Program-made: the position numbers and the translations under genes
Shown here: positions 13,780 to 26,334 of the stretch, piece after piece
Layout: each line of letters starts with the position of its first letter
How positions within the stretch are numbered: the first letter of the stretch is position 1
Assembly (NCBI RefSeq): GCF_006345805.1
Contig: NC_043014.1
Span: forward strand, 51,522,001 to 51,586,000
DNA: 64,000 nt
Source: Octopus sinensis
Lineage: Eukaryota
Reading direction: 5' to 3'
The notes under the pieces: model-generated
The model's input: the letters and a program-made list of their open reading frames with translations, nothing else
What the model was told of the DNA's origin: nothing
Database searches by the model: none

Positions 13780-14111
13780 AGTTAAAGAACTTCTGATCAA
13801 ATACACAGATGCCTTAACTATGTATACTGCTTGGGTATTATGTAAACATTTCACATTTTCGCATCTGGTCGGCTTCGAATAAGATACAAAGTGGAATAAA
13901 CGAAGATCTCATTGTTATGTTTAGCAGATCAGAAGTACCATTTACAGGATTCTTGATTGCCGGTATGCGTTTGTGTGTGCTAGTGTTTTGCGTCTTTAGA
14001 AATCAATAAATATGCAAAAATTGGATTCGTACAAGTAGTTTCAAGAATAAACATCCAATATGTCAGATTGTTAAAACATTGCCAGAAGCTTGGTTCTTGT
14101 TTCTCTTTCAA

Positions 14112-14204
14112 TTTATAATCTTGAAGGTTACCTAGGCGTATGACGTATGCCATGTGACGTGTGACGTATGCTTGCTGTGGAATAATAAATAATATATATT
14201 TAAA
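14112..14204. promoter_or_regulatory. Candidate CRE/ATF-site cluster with TATA-like boxes
   Basis: TGACGT at 14141, 14155 and 14162; TATAAA on - strand at 14117-14112; TATATTTAAAA on + strand near 14195; GA tract at 14337-14415. Confidence 0.4.
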
Positions 14205-14336
14205 AACAAAAAAAAAACACTATACAAGACAGATGTTTTGCTGTCAGCACTTGTTATTAAAGATTGATACGATCCGTTGAACCAAACAGTTTAGAAATAT
14301 CCAGAAGTTAAGGAAGGGCTGAAGATCACGAAGATC

Positions 14337-14378
<42 letters not shown>

Positions 14379-14789
14379 AGAGAAATAGAGAAGGGATGAA
14401 AGAGTGGGAGAAAGAGTGTGATTGCGTGTTTCTGTTTTTGTGTGTGAGAGGGGGTGAGAGGCAACATGAATGATAAATTGCTTTATTTTTACGAATGTTG
14501 AAAAGCGGAAATTTTCGTTGGTTTATTGGTTTATCTGCAGTATATTAGCATATGTTGTGAGTGATGATGATGATGATGATGATGATGTTGGCTATAGTGG
14601 CGGGGGTGGGTACGTGTTTATTTATTATGAAGGTGATTGTGGTTTGGTGTTGTTGATAGGATGAAAGTTGTGTTTGGGACGAAGAGGATGATTAGAGGGA
14701 TGTAGTTGATGAACGTGATGGCGATGCTAAAGGTGCGATGTTCTAACACGTTCTGTAGTTGTAATGTCAGGATGATGAAAATGTTGACT

Positions 14790-15130
14790 ATGATGATGAT
14801 GATGTTGTTGATGATGTTGATGATGATGTTGGTGATGATGATGATGATGATGGTGTTGATGATGATGATGATGTTGATGACGATGTTGATGATGTTGATG
14901 ATGATGTTGATGTTGATGATGATGTTGATGTTGATGATGATGTTGATGATGATGTTGATGATGATGTTGATGATGATGATGATTTTGACGATGTTGACGA
15001 TGCTGTTGATGCTGTTGATGCTGTTGATGATGATGATGATGATGATGGTGTTGATGATGATGATGATGATGATGATGTTGATGATGATGTTGATGATGAT
15101 GATGGTGATGATGATGATGATGATGATAAT
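14790..15130. repeat. (GAT)n/(GTT) trinucleotide repeat
   Basis: Imperfect GAT array; explains the poly-M and poly-S ORFs. Confidence 0.95.
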
Positions 15131-15704
15131 CTATGTGAGGTTGATCCTAGTGAAAAGTGCGAAGATGAAGACAACGATTATGACGACGACGAAACTTATA
15201 CTCGTAATATTGTTGATAAGGAGGAATTTCAGTGATGATGATGATGATATAAGTATGTGAGATTTAAAAAAGACTATGAATGAAATTCGAGTTCCTGAAG
15301 GCTTATCAACAGGTTGTCGATGTCAGAAGAACAAGAAGAAGAAGACGAAGACGAATAAGAAAAAAAAACTGAAATGAATATCAAAAGATTGTTAAAACCC
15401 AAACGAAATATAAACATACGAAACGTAACATGCGCGGAAGCTCAAAACTATGAATGAATAACGGAAAGAAAAAAGAATGAATTAAACAAAATACGTAAAA
15501 AAGAAAAAAAACATTTAAAATCAAAAGAATACTGCTCGCTCACAGTAGGGAATTAGGTATATATATAATGACAGCGTGTTCATATTTCATAACATTTCAA
15601 GAGATAATTCAATGAGCAGAAGCAGGGAATATAGTTTTACGTTTACAGATCAAAATACATCAAAGCTATGCTCTGTCTTTCTATCGGCGTATGTATAGGC
15701 GTTT

Positions 15705-15716
15705 GCATATATATAA

Positions 15717-15754
<38 letters not shown>

Positions 15755-15858
15755 CATATATATATATATATTATATATGCATATATATATATATATATGC
15801 ATATATATATATATATGCATATATATATATATATATATATGCATATATATATATATGC

Positions 15859-15889
<31 letters not shown>

Positions 15890-15896
15890 TATATGC

Positions 15897-15936
<40 letters not shown>

Positions 15937-15938
15937 GC

Positions 15939-15987
<49 letters not shown>

Positions 15988-16560
15988 CACATGCATGTAT
16001 ATATGTCTATATATATACATGCATGTATATATGTCTATATGTATATACATTTATATAAGAATATGCATATATATATATCTGTGTATATACATGCATGTAT
16101 ATATGTCTATATGTATATACATTTATATAAGAATATGCATATATATATATATCTGTGTATATACATGCATGTATATATGTCTATATGTATTTACATCTAT
16201 ATAAGAATATGTATATATATATATCTGTGTATATACATGCATGTATATATGTCTATATGTATATACATCTATATAAGAATATGTATATATATCTGTGTAT
16301 ATATATGTATATATGCATATATATGTATATATGTATATACATCTATATAAAAATATGTATATATATATATATATATATATCTGTGTATATATATGTATAT
16401 ATGTATATACATCTATATAAGAATGTATATTTATATATATCTGTGTATATATATGTATATATGTATATACATCTATATAAGAATGTATATTTATATATAT
16501 CTATGTATATATATGTATATATACATATATATACGTATATGTATAGATATATACATATAG
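15705..16560. repeat. TA-rich microsatellite with embedded ~60-70-bp minisatellite
   Basis: Recurring ATACAT(C/T)TATATAAGAAT..ATCTGTGTATAT units at about 16010-16510. Confidence 0.9.
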
Positions 16561-17276
16561 ATAAGGGTGTGTATCCCATTTTGTTCGTTGTATGAATTAA
16601 TCTGTATGATGAAGTTGCGTCATCCACATCGAAATTTGTCTCCAACCTGGTTCAATGTGTACAGGCATGTGATTTTACGAACTGGTCAAATTAGGACAAG
16701 GACACTAATTCCATGTTCCTTGACCGGACAAAATATGTAATAACCATGGTAGTGCACCTTAGTCAATCAGCTACCACACACATAAATAAATATTTATAAT
16801 ACTTGCACCTTACAAACTAGTAATGAGATTTGCAAGTTCTGATTCATCGGACTAGTTTTGAATAACAATATGGGATTTGTCAGCTGTTACAAACTTAACT
16901 ACATTACCTGTACACTGGATGCTGTTTTAACATTCATGTCTGCACAAGCATATCATATCATATATATATATATATAGTGTATACAGGTATATGTATAGTG
17001 TATATGTGTATATATCAGTGTAGGCATGCAACAGGAATCAACGACTGTGTGGCCTTCAAGATGGTTGCAGGGGAATATATGATTGCCAAGATCATGACAC
17101 GCGCACGAAACCCCATCCCCCACGCGTACCATCATTTCCCAGTTACTGCTAATTTCAGCCTTCTGAATTTAACTGGCAAAACCCCCTATCTTTCTATCTA
17201 TCCCCCTCTCGATCTATCAATCCGTCTACCTGCCTCCTACATGTGTGTCTCCATTATGTTTGTGAGCAGGTGCTTG

Positions 17277-17347
<71 letters not shown>

Positions 17348-17376
17348 GCATCTACTCACAAACATATATGTATATG

Positions 17377-17424
<48 letters not shown>

Positions 17425-17459
17425 CATCTACTCACAAACATATATGTATGTGTGTGTGT

Positions 17460-17510
<51 letters not shown>

Positions 17511-17715
17511 GTGTGTGTGACTATGTTAGCTCTGAGTGTTTTCGTCTGTAAATATATCATTGCCCGTGGCAAATTGCATTTAAGCTGCCACAGATTTTAG
17601 CTTTTATAAAATAAAACTTGTATACTCGAGCGCATATTTACACATACAGATCTTGCACTTGTAGTGCGCGTTAGACGTTTTGTGCTTCTATGTGTATGAG
17701 ATACGAATTCACCTT

Positions 17716-17752
<37 letters not shown>

Positions 17753-18620
17753 GTGCTTTCAGATAAATTGTTTTTATATATATATAGTCACTATGATTAC
17801 GTAGTTTTTTATAAATTAAGATACGTATGTTTTTACGTTTTTCATGTCAGCGAAGAATATGCTTGTGTGTGTTAAGAGAAAAGAGACGCTGAGCGAGAAA
17901 GCAGGCATAGAATGAGAAAGAGAGAAATGCAAGTGTATGCCATTGTCTTTTATGAAATAAAACGGATTGGTCACACGACAGGTATCAAGGATATGTGACG
18001 AAAATGAACGTGTCATAAAACATGTGCTTCGTTTAATCGAATTCATAGTTCGATGTTAAAAAGAAAAAGGTCGCTCTCAAGATGTCAGCACTGTCGTTTT
18101 CTTATTAGTTCCTTGAAAATATGGCTCACATAAGCCGTGCATTAGTGTTTTTCAGTGTGTGTCATGAAGGTTATACGCAGTAAAGCTTTATATAGTTAGA
18201 ATTGCTAGTGTCTTATTTTTTCGTTTTCTTTTTTACAGTGTCTTTCTTGTCATGCTGTCAAATCCTAGAGAGACCTTACGAATAGCTGAACATATTCAGT
18301 AATGTTAATGTTGATATTTTTTTCTATTCTAGAATGGTTATTTTATATGGTTCTTCTGTGCAAAAAAAACAAACAACAAAAACAAATCAAAAAGAATAAA
18401 AGATTAATATACAAGAAGCACTACGTGAATGTATGGCAGTAGGTAATTCAAAGGATTAAATAGACGCCATGATGCATGCTGGAGAGGGAGAGAGGAAAAC
18501 GGATGAAAAAATATTATTAATATCACAATTCCTCCGAAGTATTTATAAATGGTATATGTATACTCACAGTTATCTAGCTATATATAATACTTATATACAC
18601 ATACCATTGACACACACACA

Positions 18621-18732
<112 letters not shown>

Positions 18733-18759
18733 CACCATGATAGTTCGGTAGCCACACAT

Positions 18760-18917
18760 TTTTCTCTACTTGTTTCTCTCCTATGCTCCTTTATGTAGAA
18801 GAGCGTAGACTCGATACGTAAAAGACTTTTCATTCCTGAGCGTTATACTAATACATCTGTTTGTTTTCTACACCACCTGTCTTCGTCTTTTGTTTTTTTT
18901 TCGTAATTTCTCCCTAT
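18760..18917 (+). mobile_element. Short repeat family D (hammerhead-like motif, degenerate)
   Basis: Matches 22050-22226 and 28822-28980; GAAA mutated to GATA. Confidence 0.8.
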
Positions 18918-18967
18918 ACACACACACCACACACACACACACACACACCACACACACACACACACAT

Positions 18968-19043
<76 letters not shown>

Positions 19044-19379
19044 CTAGATATGATATGTGTGTATATGTTTGTGCTGGCCAAGCATGGCCTTTCTTTCTTG
19101 GCTTGACTGCCGCTCGCACAACACCTCGATTTTCCTCTCCTCTGACTTTCATCTATGTTCGTTGCGCTAAGGCTTCCACTTCACACGTCAGCTTAATTTA
19201 ATTTGTCCTCTTAGTCGAAAGACACTTATTGTTATTTTTGTTTGTATTTGTAATCGTGTAACATTGTCTCCGTTTTCTTGTTTTTGTTTTGTCCGTGTTG
19301 TCGCAAACATTTAATGGCCTTACCTTTTAGGGACTACCAATTTTGAACAGTCTCAAGTGTAATAGGCCGAAACTGTAAT

Positions 19380-20050
19380 GATAATTGGAAGGTTGATTGA
19401 TGAAAAGAATGGAAGTTCAGAAGGATTTGCACATAACCAGCTGTCATTTCGTCTGTTCAATCACGACCAAGATCAAAAAGTTTTCTCGTTTGAGAAAAAC
19501 CAAATCAAACTTTTCTTCCGTTGGATTTTTCAGGTCGTTTAGCAGCCTTTCAGATCTGATGTAGTGATTTTATTTTGCTTTTTTGACAAATTGACCTTAA
19601 CATATAAGACATATATCTGATGTCTTCGTGGACAACATTTCTAACTGTTACTTCTGACACATGGAAATATTTTGCAATTGACCTCACGGATTTTCTGGGA
19701 TTGCAATCAATGGTCTGTTCAACATGCTGGATCAATTGAGGTGTTCTGAAGTCTCAGAACGCTTAGAATGCATTTTATGCTTTGATACTGGTGATACGTT
19801 TCCATCTTCGGTCTGTAGCTCCTTACAAACTTTGTAGACGAAAGATCTGGCAACTTTTAAAACTCGAGATATTCCTAAATCGTAATGCTCAGCCTTTATA
19901 ACCACCATAACATCATGCCTCTCCATTCCTTGAGTAAGCTGAGGGTCTGCTACTTTTATTTTCTGAAAGAAAGATTATACAGAATTACCAAAGAATGCAG
20001 TAATGAACCCAAAAAGGGATGTCCTCAAATATCTTATGCAACCTCCGTGT
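19380..20050 (-). pseudogene. Decayed Tc1/mariner-superfamily (maT/DD37D-like) transposase with probable left TIR
   Basis: Frameshifted segments MERHDVMVVIKAEH..VARSFVYKV, NPRKSVRSIAKYFHVSEVTVRNVVHEDIRY (HTH) and LIWFFSNEK..NRRNDSWLCANPSELP (first catalytic FSDE mutated to FSNE). TA-CACGG start near 20050. Confidence 0.85.
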
Positions 20051-20475
20051 ATATTCTAAAGAAAGCTGACAAAATTTATTTGAGGTGATAGTGTATAAGA
20101 GATGGGTTAAGAGCAATATCGCTTGTTATATTTCAATTCTAGTTTCATGTTTGAGGGTTTTGTCCTTTATTTGCTACGTTACTTATAGAGGAGCCAGGAT
20201 AATATGCACTCCATCCATGTAGAATAAACAGAATCTCTATGCAAAAGCGTAGGGAGGTTTATACCGGGATAGAAACTTGTTACAGAGCGTGTCTTTCTGA
20301 TTCACTGAAATAATGGGTACATGTGTCTGGGGAAAATCTGACATTCAAACCGTTCCCCCCGGCGCAAGTAACGCATTCTCATTATCAACTGATATTTCAT
20401 GATCGATCATCGGAAATTCAACACACACAACAAACACACACACAGACACATTCATATATACATAAGCACATGCGT

Positions 20476-20476
20476 A

Positions 20477-20561
<85 letters not shown>
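20476..20561. repeat. (TATC)n tetranucleotide repeat
   Basis: Direct reading. Confidence 0.97.
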
Positions 20562-20562
<1 letters not shown>

Positions 20563-20612
20563 ACCATATATACACCGATTTAGATACACAACCTCCCATT
20601 TATAAAAAAAAA

Positions 20613-20710
20613 TATATATATGTATGTGTGTATGTGTATATATATATATATATGTGTGTGTGTGTCTATCTATATATATGTTTGTGTATATGTGTGTATA
20701 TGTATATATA

Positions 20711-20761
<51 letters not shown>

Positions 20762-20834
20762 ATATATATGTGTGTGTGTGTGTATATATATATATATGTG
20801 TGTGTGTGTGTATATATATATATGTGTGTGTGTG

Positions 20835-20877
<43 letters not shown>

Positions 20878-20894
20878 GTGTGTGTGTGTGTGTG

Positions 20895-20928
<34 letters not shown>

Positions 20929-20943
20929 ATATATATATATATA

Positions 20944-20986
<43 letters not shown>

Positions 20987-21119
20987 ATATATATATATGT
21001 GTGTGTGTGTATATATATATATATGTGTGTGTGTGTATATATATATGTGTGTGTGTGTATATATATATGTGTGTGTGTGTATATATATATGTGTGTGAGT
21101 GTATATATATATATATATA

Positions 21120-21196
<77 letters not shown>

Positions 21197-21223
21197 ATAT
21201 ATATATATATATGTGTGTGTATG

Positions 21224-21254
<31 letters not shown>

Positions 21255-21275
21255 CTATATATCTATATGTGTGTG

Positions 21276-21323
<48 letters not shown>

Positions 21324-21337
21324 ATATGTATATATAG
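20613..21337. repeat. Compound (TA)n(TG)n microsatellite
   Basis: Direct reading; explains the ORFs at 20620-21395. Confidence 0.97.
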
Positions 21338-22049
21338 GCTTCTCTCAGGTTATAAATATCTAAGAGTGAGCTTCAAAGTATATTTTGTCTCTTAAATAAT
21401 CTATAATGACACAGGCCAATATTCAGATATTCAACAACAAGCCGAGGCATCGATCGCACAGTTTCTTTTAGCAAATACAGTTTCATTCTTGTTTATTTTA
21501 TATTTACAATATTTTTTGTCTTTCATTTACTATGCTGTTTTTCTTTTTTTCTGCCTTGAAACCTTATCAAAACAATGGCTGAATTGTAAACAAAAATAAC
21601 GTCCATTTTCACGTCAAACCAAGCAAGAACGTCTTGGAAATCAATAATCGGTACCCTTCCTATATTTACGTACCTTTAGAGACTACTCTGAAGTCATCAA
21701 TATTTTTGTCTGATAGGAGACTGATTTAAATATTGTTCAAAATGTTTTAGCAAAAATCAACTAATACAAGTTGCAAAAAAAAATCAGCAACTATTTTAGA
21801 GTATTTTAAACATACACTATCACAGAACCGTAGGCAAACACGCACATATATCTAGACATCTCGGCGTTTGGAGTGTGCTGATGGGTAATCGTATATGTAT
21901 ACATATATATATATGTGTGTTATAATAATGATAATACACACATAAATTCATCCTATATATCTATATATGCATATATAAAAATATACATATACATATATAT
22001 ATATATATATATAGACCGCCATGATAGACCGTCAGCTCCTACACGCATT

Positions 22050-22226
22050 TTTTTCTCTCCTTGTTTCTCTCCTTGTTTTTTTTCTGTGTACCTTTCTGTC
22101 GAAGAGCGTAGGCTCGAAACGTAAAAGACTTTTTCTATTTCTATTCCTGAGCGCCATACTGATACATTTGTTTGTTTGTACTCCACCTGCCTTCGTCTTT
22201 TGTTCATTTTCGTAAACCTTCCCATT
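22050..22226 (+). mobile_element. Short repeat family D with minimal hammerhead-like fold
   Basis: CTTT-CTGTCGA-A-GAGC(GTAG)GCTC-GAAA-CGTA-AAAG at 22092-22127; ends at a (TA)n-rich tract. Confidence 0.8.
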
Positions 22227-22273
22227 ATATATACATACATATACATATATATATACATATATACATATACGCT

Positions 22274-22311
<38 letters not shown>

Positions 22312-22755
22312 CATATATAGGTCATATATAAATCATATTAATATTCATGTGTTTGGTCGATAGATTTGTGTTCTCCTGCCTTAGCCCGCAAGTGCTAGGT
22401 CGATCCAAAGACACGTGGATTCTCATTTTAATTCTAAAATCCTGTATCCTCGTCAATCAGTGGACAACGAGGAGTCGCATGGTTAAAACAATTGCTCAGG
22501 AATTATGATTTGATCTAATTCCGCTGGATCAGATGGAATCTAAGCTTGTCATGTTGCTTAGAGGACATCTTAGCCTTGGAATCACTACGCTTCTTCACCC
22601 ACACACACACACGCACATGCACAAACACACAAGCATGTATGGAACTGTTCTCCATTTTGAAGCGACAAATTTTTAATACAAGCAAATGGCTGTGAAATGG
22701 TGAGCTAGCACCAGGCAGAATCGAATCCACAAATCCTAGCGCAACCGATTGGGCC

Positions 22756-22805
<50 letters not shown>

Positions 22806-22986
22806 AATTATTGTATACAGTGCTCAGGTGCACCACAACTTGTCAAAACGTGCATATAAAGCATATGCAGTAATGTACAAATGTCTGGAAAGCGAACAGT
22901 GTACGAGTCAGATACATGCTTGCGTGTGTATGGAGGGGAGAAAATCAGGTGTAGTGTTGGCGAATCTCTGAAAGCATGGACGTTTC
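22756..22986 (-). mobile_element. 5'-truncated LINE 3' end with (ATT)n tail
   Basis: On the - strand: ORF end SMLSEIRQHYT*, a 3' UTR ending GTGGTGCACCTGAGCACTGTATACAATAATTTC, then (ATT)n. Confidence 0.65.
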
Positions 22987-23029
22987 AGCCAAATTTAGTT
23001 TATATATATTTAAACTGTTTAATACTATC

Positions 23030-23150
23030 AAGAGCGAAAAAAAGAGTGCTCGAATACGGAAGGTAGAGTAATACACTATTTTATAAAAGCTAGAAAAAAC
23101 CTTTTACAAAATAGCACTCGGCGTTTCACTTCACTGTTCATCAGGCAGTT
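23030..23150 (-). mobile_element. Penelope-like short repeat with CUGAUGA..GAAA core
   Basis: Shares CTCGAATAC..AGGTAGAGTAA with 7290-7313; - strand CTGATGA (23144-23138) and GAAA (23127-23124). Confidence 0.5.
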
Positions 23151-23240
23151 GTGATAATACGAAAGGATTCTTATGAAACGCCGAATAATAGTTTGAGAAG
23201 TATATTTTTCAGACGCGCGCGCACACACACACACACATAC

Positions 23241-23404
23241 GCACAGGAGTGGCTGTGTGGTAAGTAGCTTGTTTACCAACCACATGGTATCGGGATCAGT
23301 CCCACTGTGTGGCAACTTGGGCAAGTGTCTTCTACTATAGCCTCGGACCGACCAAAGCCTTGTGAGTGGATTTGGTAGACGGAAACTGAAAGAAGCCCGT
23401 CGTA

Positions 23405-23459
<55 letters not shown>

Positions 23460-23680
23460 ACGTTTGCGTGTCTGTGTTTGTCCCCCTAGCATTGCTTGAC
23501 AACCGATGCTGATGTGTTTATGTCCCCCGTTACTTAGCGGTTCGGCAAAAGAGACCGATAGAATAAGTACTGGGCTTACAAAATAATAAGTCCCGGGGTC
23601 GAGTTGCTCGATTAAAAGGCGGTGCTCTAGCATGGCCGCAGTCAAATGACTGAAACAAGTAAAAGAGAGTAAAAAGAGTA
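23241..23680 (+). mobile_element. SINE family A, full-length
   Basis: Colinear with 12011-12409; duplicated GTAAAA(A)GAG tail. Confidence 0.93.
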
Positions 23681-24062
23681 TATAATATATGTATACAGAG
23701 AGAGAGAGAGAGAGAGGTACAGTTCAATTTGAAATAATACCCTTGTTACATAAGATATGCAACTAGATATATCTTTATCAATCTTTATGCATACGATTAT
23801 GCCGAAAACTTAAAGTAGGTATATTCGTACTCTAGTGTCTACTTATTAGAGACACATTACCTCAATGTTTTTCCATCATTGCATAATTAGCAATAATTTG
23901 AATACTCTAAGAGTAAGTAAAATATATTGCATATTTAAGTGTGTAATAAATTTATGACTTTATGAAAATTTATTGTCCTAACGATACTGATCTCATATGT
24001 GTAGGTTATCAATACACAATATATTTTGGGTGATATCTACGCAAAAATTATTAGCGATTTTT

Positions 24063-24101
<39 letters not shown>

Positions 24102-24177
24102 TAATATATGCATCTTTATAGAGAAGTAAATACATATGTATATATGAATATGTAAATATGTTTGTGCGTATGTATAA

Positions 24178-24234
<57 letters not shown>

Positions 24235-24338
24235 TACGGAGAGAGAGAAAGAGAGACACATATGTATATACGTACTAGTACGTCTAGCTTTACCTAATCG
24301 TCAGCATATGCATATTCAGACATATGTAAATATATATA

Positions 24339-24716
24339 GGCGCAGGAGTGGCTGTGTGGTAAGTAGCTTGCTTACCAACCACATGGTTTGGGTTCTGTCC
24401 TACTGCGTGCCACCTTGGGCAAGTGTCTGCTACTATAGCCTCGAGTCGACAAAACCCTGTGATTGGATTTGGTACATGGAAACTGAAAGAAGAGTGTGTG
24501 TATATGTTTGTGTGTGTATATGTTTGTGTGTGTATCCTCCACAAACATCGCTTGCAAACCGATGCTGGTGTGTTTACGTCCCCGTAACTTAGCGGTTCGG
24601 CAAAAGTGACCGATAGCTTACAAATAATATGTCCAGGGGTCGATTTGCGAGACTAAATGCGGTGCTCCATCATGGCCGCAGTCAAAGTGACTGAAACAAG
24701 TAAAAGAATAAAAGAA
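24339..24716 (+). mobile_element. SINE family A, full-length diverged
   Basis: GGCGCAGGAGTGGCTGTGTGG head through ACAAGTAAAAGAATAAAAGAA tail. Confidence 0.92.
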
Positions 24717-24749
24717 TGTATTATGTATATATGTGTCAATATATACGTT

Positions 24750-24813
<64 letters not shown>

Positions 24814-25220
24814 ACTCTTTTAATCTTTTACTTGTTTCAGTCATTTGACTGCGGCCATGCTGGAGTACCACGTTTAGTCGAGCAAATCGACCACGGGACT
24901 TATTCTTTGTAAGCCCAGTACTTATTCTATTGGTCTCTTTTTGCCGAACCGCTAAGTGACAGGGACGTAAACACACCAGCATCGGTTGTCAAGCGATGGT
25001 GGGGGGGACAAACACAGACACACAAATATATACATATACATACATATATATATATAAATATATATACATATATACGACAGGCTTCTTTCAGTTTCCGTCT
25101 ACCAAATCCACTCACAAGGCTTCGGTCGGCCCGAGGCTAAAGCAGAAGACACTTGCCCAACGTGCCACGCAGTGGGACTGAACCCGGAACCATATGGTTG
25201 TTAAACAAGCTACTTACCAC

Positions 25221-25223
<3 letters not shown>
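24814..25223 (-). mobile_element. SINE family A, inverted relative to its neighbour
   Basis: Reverse complement of family A from the tail to ACTTACCACA. Confidence 0.92.
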
Positions 25224-25286
<63 letters not shown>

Positions 25287-25916
25287 ATATATGTATCTGT
25301 ATGTAAGTATCTGTCTGTCTATAGCTATTATATGTACATACATAAGCATATGTACGTACGTCTGCATATATATATATATATATATACGGGGAGGGGGCAG
25401 AGTGAAAATCCGGTCGATCTTATCGTTGTCTTCCATCAATCAAATACCAATATAATAATGACCCGCTAATTACTTCAGTCGATTCCACAGATTGCTAATC
25501 TCCCCTCTCCTCCACACACCCACACACATTTACACCAAATTAACAGCTTTGTTTTGTTCTTAATAATCAATACACTTCCCAATATTCTGTCGAGTTTCAC
25601 TTAAGTTTCAAGAACACATTTTTCGCTTCATATCGCAACTAATGGACAAGAACATTATTGGTTGAATTTTTTTAATAGGCCAACCGGTGTTTTGCTGCGT
25701 TTTTGCCATGAAAGAAAAACTTGGAAGCGTATTCGTCTTGGCACGAGATCAAATAGTGCTCGTAGCATTGTGCGGAAATGCACTTGTTTTGGCGTTCTTG
25801 TTTTCTTAAGTCTTTGAGGATTCTTCTCTGATAAACATTGCCCGGCCGCACCAAAACACGAAACCAGACACTTACACTCATATAGACTCCCAAAATCACA
25901 TACTTACAAGTGTGTG

Positions 25917-25946
<30 letters not shown>

Positions 25947-25947
<1 letters not shown>

Positions 25948-26334
25948 GAGCAAAACGCCATCCGTCCAATGGACGGTGCTGCGTTGTCAAACATTTAAAG
26001 CAAATGTTCTCAAAACTACTTTCTGACCTTCCGATAGGCCTTCGCTTTGAGAAACACTGATTTAACCTCAATTTGAGACACCAGCAAAAGAAGAAATAAC
26101 GATAGACTTTTTTCTATTCCAAGAAAAACAATGTTACAAATGCACGTTCCCACGGCTTTATCGATAGCATTCTCACGTGGAATCTATTTTTGTAATTCTT
26201 TCAAAACTTATACACGCTTTAATACCGTCGGTATCTACATATCAAATTTGAGTGCAATCGGGTGGAGGATGCTCGAGATCCTAGAAGACACACATACAGA
26301 ACTGATTGCATATAATGGATATATAAAACTTAGA
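25947..26334 (-). mobile_element. Degenerate Helitron-like element
   Basis: Hairpin CCGTCC-AAT-GGACGG (25962-25976) 11 nt from a degenerate terminus (+ strand ACGAG for ACTAG); AAATTTGAGTGCAATCGG motif of the type seen in the other Helitrons. Right boundary uncertain. Confidence 0.45.
26001..26059. mobile_element. Tiny hAT/Charlie-type MITE
   Basis: Ends CAAATGTTCTCAAA / TTTGAGAAACACTG; flanking 8-mers ATTTAAAG / ATTTAACC. Confidence 0.45.

Noticed and set aside
14706-15260. Poly-Met and poly-Ser ORFs
   Set aside because: (GAT)n repeat with no complex coding flanks or clear splice sites.
17566-17591. AAGCTGCC (miR-22-like seed) in a small hairpin
   Set aside because: Stem only about 6 bp, not pre-miRNA-like; I recognised no conserved mature miRNA in the window.
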